A stretch of 64,000 bases of DNA from Vicinamibacterales bacterium (lineage in GTDB: Bacteria; Acidobacteriota; Vicinamibacteria; Vicinamibacterales; JAMQPK01): positions 528,149-592,148 of the forward strand of contig CAVXJF010000017.1 in NCBI GenBank assembly GCA_963762055.1. The letters run 5' to 3'. The notes under the pieces were generated by a model. The model made no database searches. It saw nothing but the letters and a program-made list of their open reading frames with translations, and was not told the DNA's origin. The stretch's first letter is position 1, and each line of letters starts with the position of its first letter. Below, piece by piece: positions 30,501 through 42,636 of this stretch. A program made the position numbers and the translations under genes.

Positions 30501-30626
30501 AGCGAGATTCAAGCGCCGATGGCGATGGTGATCATGTTCGGGCTTCTGAGCTCGACAGCCCTCAATATGATCGTCGTGCCGATTCTTTACGTTCGGTTCG
30601 GTCGTCCCACAGCCACGGTCTCGTAA
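27531..30626 (+). CDS. CusA/CzcA-family heavy-metal efflux RND pump
   Basis: 1031 aa, 12-TM RND layout. N-terminus IDGLIRWSLRHRPIVIALA...LDVLPDLTAPTV is typical of HME-RND. Confidence 0.95.
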   Translation: MIDGLIRWSLRHRPIVIALAAAFLIWGGWTATRIPLDVLPDLTAPTVTILAEAPGMDPLEIESLVTFPIESALNGAAGVRRVRSATAVGVAVVWVEFDWGQDINRARQTVAEKLTLVSGSLPPNVEPPFMAPISSIMGEVLFIDLESDRHSPLELRTVAETVVRRRLLAVPGVSQVIATGGEQKQYEVVLDPVRLAAHQVTLQEVENALVAANQNATAGFQVAQGQEYLVRGVGRLGDADAIAAVRVKSAGAAPVLIQDVGIVREGAAIKRGEGSHDAKPAVIVGIQKQPAVNTLELTERIDATLDDIQRALPQGMQIHRDLFRQADFIEQSLDNLFTAFIEGAILVILVVVVFLMNIRAAIITLLALPLSLVAAVIAMDRFGLTINSMSLGGLAIAIGELVDDAIIDVENVVRRLRENATRPDAERLPVLEVVYRASTEIRHSVVFATVIVALVFLPLFMLSSVEGRLLRPLGFSYVVALTASLVVALTVTPVLCSLLLPTSRLTASGTEPKWTLRLKAAYERWLGHAFTYWRTVLTAAVALLVAALLGIVAAGRSFLPEFNEGALTVSAVTVPGTSLADSNALGNALERLMLSVPEVTSTARRTGRAELDEHVQGVESAEIDVRLEMKDRPRETVLEELRQKVSLLPGTNVTIGQPISHRIDHMLSGTRANIAVKIFGDDLLTLRQLASQVQGQMSQVEGVADLATEAQTDIPTLKVRVDPAAAARQGLESGTVAEALQTARVGHAVGQILQGQIAFPLVVRYALDESRELDAIAMTPIQTPDRRQIPLSAVATIQEDRGPNFVMRENVQRRIVVQSNVSGRDLRGVVNDIQDRVTRNVKLPQGYHIEYGGQFESEAQASRQLLWLSLGVIVAIFFILSAAFGSSRDGLLIMINLPLALIGGVIGVYLAGGVLSVASIVGFITLFGIATRNGIMLVSHIRHLQEHEGVSDFRTAVVRGATERLVPILMTALAAGLALVPIALSAGEPGSEIQAPMAMVIMFGLLSSTALNMIVVPILYVRFGRPTATVS

Positions 30627-31745
30627 TCACATGGCGTCGGCGAGCAGTTCGGACGGCGAGAGCACGTCACCGGGAGTTCCGGTTGCGTTGGTGGCGAAGG
30701 CGATCGACAGCTGCTGATCCGGATAGACGACGAGGCTCGACCGCGCACCTTCCTGCCCGCCTGCGTGGTGCCAGCGCAGCCGTCCCTTGCCGTCGCGGTT
30801 GATTCGCCAGCCCAGCCCGAGCGGCGGAGAGCTGTCCGGCACTTGCACCGTGAACAGTGTGTCCAGCACTCGGCGTGACAGTACGCCGGGTGCGAGATGC
30901 GCGGCGCCGAAGCGCGCGAAATCCGACGGCGTCATCATGAGTCCGCCGCCAGCCCACTTGTACGCCGGGTTGTTTGTGGGCGCGTTCGCCCAGACGCCCT
31001 GCACCGGCGGCACTTCCCTCACCTGCGATGCCTGGCCATAGCCGCTTACCCGCCCGGCGATCACCCGCCTTGGCGCATCGACGGTAAGCGACGCGAGTCC
31101 GAGCGGAGCCGCAATCTTTTGCTGCAGCAATTCGACGAACGGCGTACGCGCCGCCTCTTCAAGGACGATCGACGCCAGCGTGTAGCCGAAGGTCGAATAC
31201 GTCATCTTCGTGCCCGGAACCGCGACCAGCGGATCGTCAATGAAGACGGCGAGAATGTCGGCATTGCTGAAATAGGTGCGTCTGTCGATCGCTCCGCCCG
31301 CGGCCGCACGATCCGAGTCGCGGTCAATGTAGTGCCGGATCCCGCCGCGATGCGTGAGCAGCTGGCGCAACGTCGTCGCATGGTGCGCTTGCGGGAGCGC
31401 AGGCATATATCGGCCGATGCCCGCATCGAGGTCCACGATACTTTCCTCGGCCATGATCGCCGCGAGCGTGGCGGTGACCGGCTTGGCGCCGCTGCCTGCT
31501 CTGAACCGATGGCTAGTGGTAGCGGCAACACCGAGCTCGAGATCGACGTCGCCATAGGCTTCGGCAAACGCGAGGACGCCTCCCCGGTACACAGCCACTG
31601 AAAGTGCAGGCATGGGTTCCTGGCGAAAGATCGCCTCGGCGGTCCGGGCAACGGCGCTGTCTTTCTGCGTCCGGGCTGACTGCGACATCGCGGCGGCCAG
31701 CGGCACGGCCTCGAAGAGCAGGGTCCGGCGGGTCAATATCGGCAC
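30627..31745 (-). CDS. beta-lactamase-related serine hydrolase (TAT-like signal)
   Basis: TRRTLL signal and an SxxK candidate (GSGAKPVT). Family blocks HLLTHRGGI and YSTFGY. Confidence 0.75.
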   Translation of the reverse strand: MPILTRRTLLFEAVPLAAAMSQSARTQKDSAVARTAEAIFRQEPMPALSVAVYRGGVLAFAEAYGDVDLELGVAATTSHRFRAGSGAKPVTATLAAIMAEESIVDLDAGIGRYMPALPQAHHATTLRQLLTHRGGIRHYIDRDSDRAAAGGAIDRRTYFSNADILAVFIDDPLVAVPGTKMTYSTFGYTLASIVLEEAARTPFVELLQQKIAAPLGLASLTVDAPRRVIAGRVSGYGQASQVREVPPVQGVWANAPTNNPAYKWAGGGLMMTPSDFARFGAAHLAPGVLSRRVLDTLFTVQVPDSSPPLGLGWRINRDGKGRLRWHHAGGQEGARSSLVVYPDQQLSIAFATNATGTPGDVLSPSELLADAM

Positions 31746-31809
31746 GAGGAGTTGGACGATTCACGGTCGTCCAGCGTTGCCAAACCGAAGGTCACTCTTG
31801 ATTCAGTCA

Positions 31810-32685
31810 TCAGAACGGGAACATCAGGTACATTCGGACGCCTGAGATGCTGCCGAACTGGTAGCCCACGGCCAGCCACCGCAGCGGGATTTTCCAGATG
31901 CGCAGATCGGGCGCGGTCGAGAAGCTCAGTCCAGTTTCGAATTGCCCGAGAAGCACGAGCGGTGGCCGGTCTTCCCTTTCCAGCTCAAGCCCGTCAAAGG
32001 CCCGGCCGATCACGTAGAGGCCTCCGCGTGCCTGCCCGCCCCGCACGGAGAAACCCAGAGGAACCTGCACGTCGGTCCCGCCTTCAAATCTCACGTATCG
32101 AACGGCCGTGCCTTCGAATGCCGGGGTCTTCCGTCCGGAAATCATGCCGCCATAAGTGACGTGCAATTTTCCTGGATCCGCGGTGCTGTGCGCGCGCATG
32201 CCCACCCCGTAGAACACCTCGGCTGAAGAATCACTGCTCTTCCCGATTCCGACTTCCCCGAACGGCCGCACCAGCGTACGGCTGCCCACGGGAATTTCGA
32301 CCTCGAGGCCAGGAATGATTGCCGCGATGCCCAGTTTCCCGACGAAGCCGGTTACATCCGACAGTCCCTTGATGCTGAGTGAACTCAGCGACACGGGGAA
32401 TGTCACCCGCAGCCCCCACGAATGTTTGTCCATGCTGAGCACACGAATGGACAACGGCACGCGATAGAGCTGGAAGCCTCTGGCCTCGACGTCCGTCGCG
32501 GACGCCGTCTCGTCGCGATTGGCGAGAAAAAGGGGATCCAGGCCCTCGTCCTGCGCCACGGCCGGCACTGCCGCGAAGAAGAAGAGCAACAGCGCGCCAG
32601 CGACGCCACGCCGCCACAATCGCTGGACCTCCGCCCATTGGGCGCCAGGAATCACACGCAAGGATAGCTTGGCCGGGACGCGCAC
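31810..32685 (-). CDS. outer-membrane beta-barrel hypothetical protein
   Basis: Signal peptide ending AVAQD, alternating beta pattern, C-terminal ...MYLMFPF. Confidence 0.5.
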   Translation of the reverse strand: MRVPAKLSLRVIPGAQWAEVQRLWRRGVAGALLLFFFAAVPAVAQDEGLDPLFLANRDETASATDVEARGFQLYRVPLSIRVLSMDKHSWGLRVTFPVSLSSLSIKGLSDVTGFVGKLGIAAIIPGLEVEIPVGSRTLVRPFGEVGIGKSSDSSAEVFYGVGMRAHSTADPGKLHVTYGGMISGRKTPAFEGTAVRYVRFEGGTDVQVPLGFSVRGGQARGGLYVIGRAFDGLELEREDRPPLVLLGQFETGLSFSTAPDLRIWKIPLRWLAVGYQFGSISGVRMYLMFPF

Positions 32686-32767
32686 GATGATGTGCCGTTC
32701 CCGAATCGCTTAGGGCAGCGGCGGCACTCCGGCAGAGGCCGGACCCTGTGCGATCACCGGGCTCCAG

Positions 32768-33701
32768 TCAGACGGCAGGTTGCCGCCGTTCACCGCTCGC
32801 ACGCGCCAGCGAATTTTCAGGGTACTGAGTCGCCATCGCCTGGATCGCGGCCGCCCGTCCCGGCGACGAGATCGGCATGCCGATCGCCAGTCCGAACGTT
32901 GCGCGATGCAGCTCGGCGAGTAACAGATCCTCTCCCTCGCGGAACACCACGTTGACGTGTTTTGTCGGCGGTAGCGCGGTGTTCGCCGGGTCGAAGAACT
33001 CGAAGTGGATCTCGTAGAACAGCTCGCACCCTTCGGGCATGCCGCCGACCTTGGCGACGGCGACGTTGAACCCGACCGTCCCCTGCGCGGGTTGCTGGCC
33101 TCGACCCCACTCGAGCGGCTGCGGCGTCATCGGCGTCGGCGCGTCGACGCAGTCCGGGTTGTACAACTGCCGTCCATTGTTCAGGAGCCGGCGCCAGTTA
33201 TCTTCCTGCGTGCGGTCGCCGGGCGGTACGGTGAAGGGACATCCCTTGCCATCGGTGGGCGTGCCCGGCGTGGTGCCCGGACACCCGTCCCGGGTGTTCG
33301 GCACGAAGTCGCCATCGCTGTCGCCGTTGAGCAACTCCTGCTGCACACTGGGGTTGGCCCGCCACGCGTCGAACTTGGCTTTGCGCTCGTTGAGCAGCGC
33401 CTGATAAACCACAAGCGTCAGACTACCCGCGACGACGTCGCGTCCGAAGATGGCGCGATCGTAGTGGTACCTGCCGTAGAGATTGATCAGCTTCGCGTCC
33501 GCGCTGGGAAGTACGCACGGAATGATCGCCTGCTCCAGTGCGAGACGGGCGGCTTCGCGCGTGCCACCTCCGTCGAGAATGGTTTTCGCCCGCTCCCGTG
33601 CCTCGGCGAAACACACGTCGGTCTGGGCGCCGGCAGGCAGGGAGCCCGCGATAAGTGCGGCGGCGGTGAAGACAAATGAGGCGTGTCAGTACGGCGCTCA
33701 T
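32768..33701 (-). pseudogene. secreted hypothetical protein with a thrombospondin-type-3-like Asp/Cys repeat; frameshift inside the signal peptide as assembled
   Basis: The ATG at 33701 gives MSAVLTRLI. The next frame gives FVFTAAALIAGSLPAGAQ|TDVCFAEAR. The switch is at the A3 run 33674-33676. Motif DSDGDFVPNTRDGCPG...DGKGCP. Confidence 0.55.
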
Positions 33702-35335
33702 GGCAGTGAATCCGTGGCCGCCATCATGACGGCGAGACTGGCAGCGATGCCGTCGATAACCAGATCCGCCTGCAGCGTCTGGATCGCGGCCGTTTCGAAC
33801 GCGGCCTCCGCCTGACCCTTTTCTCCGATCTGCCATTTGACTGACTCGATCGATTTGAACACCGTCGGCACCGCGGCGGCCTTGGTGAGCGCCTGCGCCG
33901 ACAATCCCGTGACCAGATCGCGAATGGGAATGTCGGTACCGGTTCCATTCTGCATGCGCCAGATCTGGATGATCACGCGCCAGTACAACGCACGCGTGAT
34001 CACCTGGGTGATCGTCGCGAGCGACTGACCGCGATTCCCAGATCCGACGAGCACGTCCCAGTTGTTCTCGATCGATTGCTCGTAGGGCCGCTTGCCGAGG
34101 CCGCTCGCGCCGAGCGACATCATCGGCACCGTCGCATCGCCCAGGGCGTGCAGCGGCCAGCCGAGCCGAATGGTGCCGAGCGGGTTCCCGGCCTCCGCAC
34201 GGAACTCCTCGAGACCGAAACGCGCGAGGTTGTCGCCTGGCGTGTATTCGAGCGCGCTCGCGAGCGGCGTCTCCCAGTCGGACGGCTTGCGTTCCAGCGA
34301 GTTGCGATGCAAATCGGTGCCGGTGGCGCCTGCCGTCCCGAGCACGATTTCATAACGCGTCGGCCCGGTGCTGGCCTCGTGATTTACGTGCAGCCCCATG
34401 GCGTCATAGGTGGCGATCAACAGCTTGTCGAGCGCGTCGGGTTGACCGACACCCGATGCGGGTGCCAGCTTGCCTTTCACGTCGTCGAAGCTCGCCGCCG
34501 GGGTTGGCTTGAGATCCATGAAGTGGCCGAGCACGCAGAAGTCGGGCGATTCGATCTGCGACGCATTGATGCTCGAGAGCTCATCGGCCACGAACCCGGC
34601 GGCGCCACCAGCGAGAATCGGGCACGCCAGGCACGCCAGCGGCATCAACGCGCATGCCAGCCCGCATAGCAGCGAGATCTGCACCGTCGTCTTGGCCACC
34701 GCGCCCGCGACATTCGCCGGATCCTTGAGTTCCTCGAGCACGGTGGAGCGCATGCGCCAGTCACCCGACTCGCGGTCTGGCTGTCCGGCCCAGTAGCCGA
34801 GCGTCACGCCGGTGTGATCCCGCTGCGTGAAGGTGCCGGGGTTGACGTCGGCCAGCGCGCCGCTCGGCGCCCACTGCTCGTCGATGCCGCACACGACGTT
34901 CTTGTTCGAGTAGAGGGTGGAAACCGGCAAGCGGACGCCGGACAGCGGTGTGTCGGCCAGAGTGGTGCCCGGAGGCAGGTTGAAGTCGGGAAAGAGACCG
35001 CCGAACAGGTTGATGAGGAACGGGGTCGCACACGGTTTGCCATCGGGCGGGAGCCCGGACGGCATCGCGCGCAGCTTCGGAACCGCCTGCGCCGCGCCGA
35101 GGTAGATCAGACCCATCACCGGAATCTCATCCTGAAGGCGCTTGAACAGCGACTCCAGATCCGGCGGCAACGGCTCGCCGTTGGCAAACTTCGATGCCGC
35201 GAGCATGACCTCGTACGCGTAGTCGGTCATGTCGCGATGGACTTTTTCGTTGTGCGCGAATGCCGGCTGCGCGTATGCGCCGACCATGGTGATGATCAGT
35301 GCGATGACAAGGGGCTTGGACCGGCAACGACGCAT
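33698..35335 (-). CDS. secreted hypothetical protein (545 aa), mature N-terminus HNEKVHRDMTDYAYE
   Basis: Signal peptide MRRCRSKPLVIALIITMVGAYAQPAFA. An internal Cys-rich hydrophobic segment ISLLCGLACALMPLACLACPILAGG. ATGA overlap with the downstream gene. Confidence 0.6.
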   Translation of the reverse strand: MRRCRSKPLVIALIITMVGAYAQPAFAHNEKVHRDMTDYAYEVMLAASKFANGEPLPPDLESLFKRLQDEIPVMGLIYLGAAQAVPKLRAMPSGLPPDGKPCATPFLINLFGGLFPDFNLPPGTTLADTPLSGVRLPVSTLYSNKNVVCGIDEQWAPSGALADVNPGTFTQRDHTGVTLGYWAGQPDRESGDWRMRSTVLEELKDPANVAGAVAKTTVQISLLCGLACALMPLACLACPILAGGAAGFVADELSSINASQIESPDFCVLGHFMDLKPTPAASFDDVKGKLAPASGVGQPDALDKLLIATYDAMGLHVNHEASTGPTRYEIVLGTAGATGTDLHRNSLERKPSDWETPLASALEYTPGDNLARFGLEEFRAEAGNPLGTIRLGWPLHALGDATVPMMSLGASGLGKRPYEQSIENNWDVLVGSGNRGQSLATITQVITRALYWRVIIQIWRMQNGTGTDIPIRDLVTGLSAQALTKAAAVPTVFKSIESVKWQIGEKGQAEAAFETAAIQTLQADLVIDGIAASLAVMMAATDSLP

Positions 35336-35498
35336 TCGGACCCTCCTCGGAGACGTTGGCGCAAGACTATCGCACAGGTATGACGCAGTTCGCTGAAAAT
35401 TCGATGTGCTGGAAGGGATCAACGCTCAGTCAGAGGAAACCGAACAACAAGGGCGACGAGGAGAGAACAGCGAAGGTCTTTCGCGGCAGGCGCCGGCG

Positions 35499-38060
<2,562 letters not shown>

Positions 38061-38117
38061 GCCGGCGTTAGACGAGGCGCGGGCTGAGTTCGTTCGTTGT
38101 GTGTTCGAGTTTTCTGC

Positions 38118-39275
38118 TCAAGAAGGTTGAGCCGCTGGATGCCCGAACCAGCGCTGAAGCCGGCTGGAGCCGAAAAGCACCTTCTCGGCGACCAGCTCTG
38201 CCGAAGCCGGCTGGAACGTGCCCCTCGGTTTGGGGCCGGTCAGGAAGTCCACGTCCACACGCCCGACCTGGCCATGACCGAACTCCACGTAGCAGGACCC
38301 TTGTCCCTTGTACGCTTCCGGCGATGGGCCGCCGCGTAGTTTCGCGATGATGTTCGCCGCCACTACCTGCGCCGAGCCTTCGGCGAACACGCCCGCCTTG
38401 GGAGTGCCTACGCCATTCACATCGCCCACGGCGTAGACGCCCGGAAATTTCGTTTCGAGCGTCTGCTTGTTCACCGCTACCCAGTCATAAGGATGCGCGG
38501 ACAGCCCCGATTCGATGACGACCTGGGGCACACGATGCACCGGAACGCCGAGAAAAAGTGCGTACGGCATTTCGGTCCCGTCGCTGAGCACGGCGACCTT
38601 GCGTGCCGGGTCGAGGGCCTTCACGAGCTGCTCTTTCACGAATTTGATGCCGCGCTCCGCGAAGGCGGCGAGGATCGCCTGCGACGTATCGGGCGACGGA
38701 GGAATCGGTGTGCCGAAAGGCATCACGAGAGAGATGTCGGTCGCTTCACGGCGGCCGCGCTCCGTGAGGTAGTCGTGCAGCAGTAATGCTGTCTCACTAG
38801 GCGCAGGCGGACACTTGAATGACTTGCCGCAGACACCGACGATCGCCGGCCCACGCTCGAAGCGAGGGAGCTCGTCGCGGAGCGCGAAGGCTCCTTCGAC
38901 CGTGTAGAACTCGCGGCCGCCCTCACCCAGTCCAGGTGTGGCGGCGAGATCGTAGTCGGCGCCCAGCGCGACGACGAGCACGTCGGCGTCGAACGTTCCC
39001 GCGTCGGTCACCGTCCGCCGGGCCGTCGGATCAATCGACCGCACAACCGTCTGGAAAAATCGAACGCCTGGTTTGACGATGTCCCGGTATGGATGACGGA
39101 CGGCAGTCGGCAGCTGCCGTCCGAACATTACGTCGAGTTTCGAGAAGCCGAAGACGAACGCGTCTCCCTTGTCAACGAGCACGACGTCGATGGCGTCGCC
39201 GAACGCATTCGAAAGAATCGTCGTCAGCTCGAGGCCGCCGAACCCCGCGCCGAGCACCACCACTCGTGTCTTCAT
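38118..39275 (-). CDS. NAD(P)/FAD-dependent oxidoreductase (NDH-2 / sulfide:quinone reductase-like)
   Basis: MKTRVVVLGAGFGGLE Rossmann start and a second dinucleotide motif near the C-terminus (GVYAVGDV). Confidence 0.8.
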   Translation of the reverse strand: MKTRVVVLGAGFGGLELTTILSNAFGDAIDVVLVDKGDAFVFGFSKLDVMFGRQLPTAVRHPYRDIVKPGVRFFQTVVRSIDPTARRTVTDAGTFDADVLVVALGADYDLAATPGLGEGGREFYTVEGAFALRDELPRFERGPAIVGVCGKSFKCPPAPSETALLLHDYLTERGRREATDISLVMPFGTPIPPSPDTSQAILAAFAERGIKFVKEQLVKALDPARKVAVLSDGTEMPYALFLGVPVHRVPQVVIESGLSAHPYDWVAVNKQTLETKFPGVYAVGDVNGVGTPKAGVFAEGSAQVVAANIIAKLRGGPSPEAYKGQGSCYVEFGHGQVGRVDVDFLTGPKPRGTFQPASAELVAEKVLFGSSRLQRWFGHPAAQPS

Positions 39276-39285
39276 TGTTTGTCCT

Positions 39286-39957
39286 TTACGACTTCGGCGC
39301 GACGGGCTGCGGCACAATCCGAATGTACGGCCGCGGTGCTTTCCAACCGCCCGGGTACTGCTTCTTCGCGTCCTCGTCGGACACCGACCCGGCGATGATC
39401 ACATCCTCGCCCGACTTCCAGTTGACCGGCGTCGCTACCTTGTGGCCCGCCGTGAGCTGGAGAGAGTCGAGCACGCGCAGGACCTCGTCGAAATTCCGGC
39501 CGGTGGTCATCGGGTACACGAAGATGAGCTTGATCTTTTTGTCGGGTCCGACGATGAAGACGTTGCGCACCGTGTAGTTGTCGGCTGCGGTCCGTCCTTC
39601 GGACGTTCCTTCGGTCGATGCCGACAGCATGCCCCATGCCTTGGAGATCGCCAGATCGGTGTCGCCAATCATCGGATAGTTCGGCGCGAACCCCTGCGTT
39701 TCCTGAATGTCGTTCGACCAACGTTTGTGGTTTTCCACGGGATCGACGCTGAGGCCGATGATCTTCGTCTTTCGCTTGTCGAACTCAGGCTTGAGCCGTG
39801 CCATGTAGCCCAGTTCCGTGGTGCACACCGGCGTAAAGTCCTTCGGGTGCGAGAACAGCACGCCCCATGAATCCCCCAACCACTCGTGGAAGCGAATCGG
39901 CCCCTCGGTAGTCTCAGCCTGAAAGTCGGGAGCCGTCTGGCCAATCTGCAAACTCAT
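39286..39957 (-). CDS. 1-Cys peroxiredoxin (Prx6 type)
   Basis: MSLQIGQTAPDFQAETTEG...WGVLFSHPKDFTPVCTTE. There is no resolving Cys. Tail ...GGWKAPRPYIRIV. Confidence 0.9.
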   Translation of the reverse strand: MSLQIGQTAPDFQAETTEGPIRFHEWLGDSWGVLFSHPKDFTPVCTTELGYMARLKPEFDKRKTKIIGLSVDPVENHKRWSNDIQETQGFAPNYPMIGDTDLAISKAWGMLSASTEGTSEGRTAADNYTVRNVFIVGPDKKIKLIFVYPMTTGRNFDEVLRVLDSLQLTAGHKVATPVNWKSGEDVIIAGSVSDEDAKKQYPGGWKAPRPYIRIVPQPVAPKS

Positions 39958-40253
39958 CACTCGCCTCCTTAGAATTCCATTCATACCGCTGCGGCCCGAC
40001 GTCATCGTCACGGGCACGCTTCTTCACGCCGGTGATGATATCCGAGTCAGCAGCCAGCGGCGCATGCGTCAAGGCGAGCGTCGCCACGAGCATCAATTCG
40101 TAGCTCTTAACCCCTCCTAAACGCTTGCTGTCGTTGCGCTAGCGCAAATAGCCCCCCACGCACTCCGGAGCTGGCCGGTGAGCCGTTTTTGCGACGAACC
40201 GCACATCTGTAGGTGTGGATACAGAGTTCATACGCTGAAAACAGGATTTTTAT

Positions 40254-40544
40254 ATGCCACTAGTCAAACCGATTACTAAACACGGGAACTCGGCCGGCAT
40301 CATCCTCGATCAGACAATCTTGAAAATGGTTGGCTGGGAAGTGGGAACCGAAGTCGAGGTTCGCGTATCCGGCGACTCAGTTGTCTTGGTGCGCCACGTC
40401 AGCGCACTCCACAACCGGCGCTCGACCGACAGAGTCCCAGAGAGCGCTGAACAAAGCGAAATGAAACCGTCAGCTCAGCGCGGCGCCCACCGACTGCTCA
40501 AGGGGCGTTTCGAAAATGCGCGACTGAAGCCTGACTTCAAATAG
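40254..40544 (+). CDS. AbrB/MazE/SpoVT-type DNA-binding (antitoxin-like) protein, no adjacent toxin
   Basis: PLVKPITKHGNSAGIILDQTILKMVGWEVGTEVEVRVSGDSVVLV is a swapped-hairpin barrel signature. Lies in a locally AT-richer patch. Confidence 0.55.
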   Translation: MPLVKPITKHGNSAGIILDQTILKMVGWEVGTEVEVRVSGDSVVLVRHVSALHNRRSTDRVPESAEQSEMKPSAQRGAHRLLKGRFENARLKPDFK

Positions 40545-40549
40545 GTTCG

Positions 40550-40589
40550 AGGGTGCCCACGTCGCCCTGCTTAACGAAGCGGGCACCCT
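40550..40589. terminator. hairpin between convergent genes
   Basis: AGGGTGCCC (40550-40558) pairs with GGGCACCCT (40581-40589). The loop is long (22 nt) and the T-tract weak. Confidence 0.3.
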
Positions 40590-40603
40590 TCTGAGTGCTT
40601 GGG

Positions 40604-41584
40604 TCAGATCAGATCGATCTTGAAGATCTGGCAGCCAGTCGGACTGTTGAGCGGCGGGTATCCTTTGTGCTGGTACTCGGGAATGTCGATTGACCAGCCC
40701 GGATGCTCGCCGGCATCGACGCCGTAGAGCTGCCCCTTGTTGATCGTGACATCGTGAATGTCGGCCGAGCCCGGGACGAAGTCCACCTGCTCGACAACCC
40801 GTCCAGTCTTGATGTCGTACTTGACCAGGCCAGGGGTATAACCCGCGTAGTCACTGGTGCCGGGTTTCTGGGTCCCGCACACCTGCCAGATGAACCCGTT
40901 GTCGTACGCGATGCCGTGCAGACGCGGGACGATGCGGGTCATCGGGAACATCCAGTCGACCTCCCAGGTCTTGGGATCGATGCGCATGATCGTCCCGACC
41001 CGGTTGGAGTCGATCCAGATCTTGTGGACGTCCTCCTGCCAGGACATGCCGTGCGTCGCACCGCCGTCTTCCTTCGGACCGAACGGAATCTGCCGATGGC
41101 TGATCTGCTTGCTGTTCATGTCAGTCTGGAACACGCCGTTGATCGGCGGGGTCGGATGGTTGACCACAGACCCGCCGTTCGCGCCGCTCCACAGAAAGCC
41201 GTCGCCGAAACACATGCCGCTCGTGTCCTTGCAGTTGGTCATGACGGTGTGCAGCAGCTTGCCGTTCCAGTCGAGCAGCCAATGCGCTTCGGGCTTGTTG
41301 TCGTGCCGCTGCTCGGCAACCCAGAACCCTCGCTGCAGATCGTGATCGATGTCGATCGCGTTGGGCCAGCCAGGAGGCGAGAGGAATAGTTTGGTGGTCT
41401 TGGCCTGACGCTTCGGGATTTGAGGACCGGCTCCTCTGCCTGTACCCACCCGGCGGCCGAGCGCGTCAGTACCCGTTTCGCGCGTCGTCTGACCGGCCTG
41501 GGCGTGGGCTTTGCTGCCGGTCAAACCGGCGTACAGACCGATACCCGCGGCAAGCAAATCTCTCCGTCCGATGAGGTTCGTCAT
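40604..41584 (-). CDS. TAT-exported beta-propeller hypothetical protein
   Basis: MTNLIGRRDLLAAGIGLYAGLTGSKAHA twin-arginine signal. The body is W/G-rich with repeated strands. Confidence 0.6.
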   Translation of the reverse strand: MTNLIGRRDLLAAGIGLYAGLTGSKAHAQAGQTTRETGTDALGRRVGTGRGAGPQIPKRQAKTTKLFLSPPGWPNAIDIDHDLQRGFWVAEQRHDNKPEAHWLLDWNGKLLHTVMTNCKDTSGMCFGDGFLWSGANGGSVVNHPTPPINGVFQTDMNSKQISHRQIPFGPKEDGGATHGMSWQEDVHKIWIDSNRVGTIMRIDPKTWEVDWMFPMTRIVPRLHGIAYDNGFIWQVCGTQKPGTSDYAGYTPGLVKYDIKTGRVVEQVDFVPGSADIHDVTINKGQLYGVDAGEHPGWSIDIPEYQHKGYPPLNSPTGCQIFKIDLI

Positions 41585-41923
41585 GGGCCCTCTCTTTCTC
41601 ACGAGGTTTGACGGCCAAATGTAGGATGCGAAGTTGACCCCGACGATACACCCAATCGGGCAGATTTGCTCCACGTCTCATCTCTTAATACAAACCGGCA
41701 GAGTCTGTCGATCCGATGGAAATGCTGCGCAGCGATTGATCGCCAGGGGGCGTCAAAGTTGACTAATGTCGCCTTGAGCAAGCGAAATCTTGCTGCCCAA
41801 TTTTAATGAAGCCCCGCGAGGCCGTCGGATCCTTCCGGAACGCAAATTGCTGAGCGTGCCGGCGCTATCGGTTCGTTCACGCGATCGGCTGGCAAGTGAA
41901 GATCAAAGAGAGAGGATCAAAGA

Positions 41924-42577
41924 ATGAGGCGATTACTGGCTCTGGCAGCACTGCTTGTTGTGGGGAGCATCGGCAACGCTCAGGCAGCGACCATCACTTT
42001 CGAGGATCTGGCCATAGACGACGGCCCCGTAGTCGGAGGCGACCGGACTTCAGGTGGATTTTTCTTCGACACAGCGACCGAACACCTTCATATTGTCCAG
42101 GCGGCGGCATCATGGGGCACCGGTAACGGCACCAACTTCATGCTGGTCGATGACGTCGGCGGTACGCACCCACCCGCTACCAACCCAATCACGTTCTCAC
42201 CGACCCTCGGCGGGCCGTTCGCGCTGCTCTCGATCGATATCTCTGAGGCCAGCCAGGTGATCAGCTACTCCCGGCAAATCGAAGTCACGGGCAACGTGTT
42301 CGGCGGCGGTACGGTCTTCACGGTGCTCGACTTGGACGATAACTTCGTGGACAGCACACCTGCGAATTACTTCCAGACGTTCACCTTTGATCCGACATGG
42401 GGAAATTTGTCGAGCGTGATTCTCCAGGGGATTAATTCGCAGCCCTTGAACGGTAACTACTACGCAATCGACAACATCGTCGTTGATACTACCGCCGTAC
42501 CAGAGCCTGGAACGCTGAGCCTCCTGGGTCTGGGCTCCGCGTATCTGATCCGTCGCCGTCGGCGTAACTGTCGCTAA
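41924..42577 (+). CDS. PEP-CTERM sorting-domain protein
   Basis: Signal peptide, and C-terminus VPEPGTLSLLGLGSAYLIRRRRR (PEP motif + TM + Arg cluster). Confidence 0.85.
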   Translation: MRRLLALAALLVVGSIGNAQAATITFEDLAIDDGPVVGGDRTSGGFFFDTATEHLHIVQAAASWGTGNGTNFMLVDDVGGTHPPATNPITFSPTLGGPFALLSIDISEASQVISYSRQIEVTGNVFGGGTVFTVLDLDDNFVDSTPANYFQTFTFDPTWGNLSSVILQGINSQPLNGNYYAIDNIVVDTTAVPEPGTLSLLGLGSAYLIRRRRRNCR

Positions 42578-42593
42578 CGCGAACGACACACGG

Positions 42594-42629
42594 ACAGGGG
42601 GCTACCGCAAACTGGCCCTCTGTTCGTTT
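42594..42629. terminator. hairpin terminator candidate between convergent genes
   Basis: 9-bp stem ACAGGGGGC/GCCCTCTGT (one G-U pair), a 12-nt loop, then TCGTTTC. Confidence 0.35.
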
Positions 42630-42636
42630 CAGCAAT

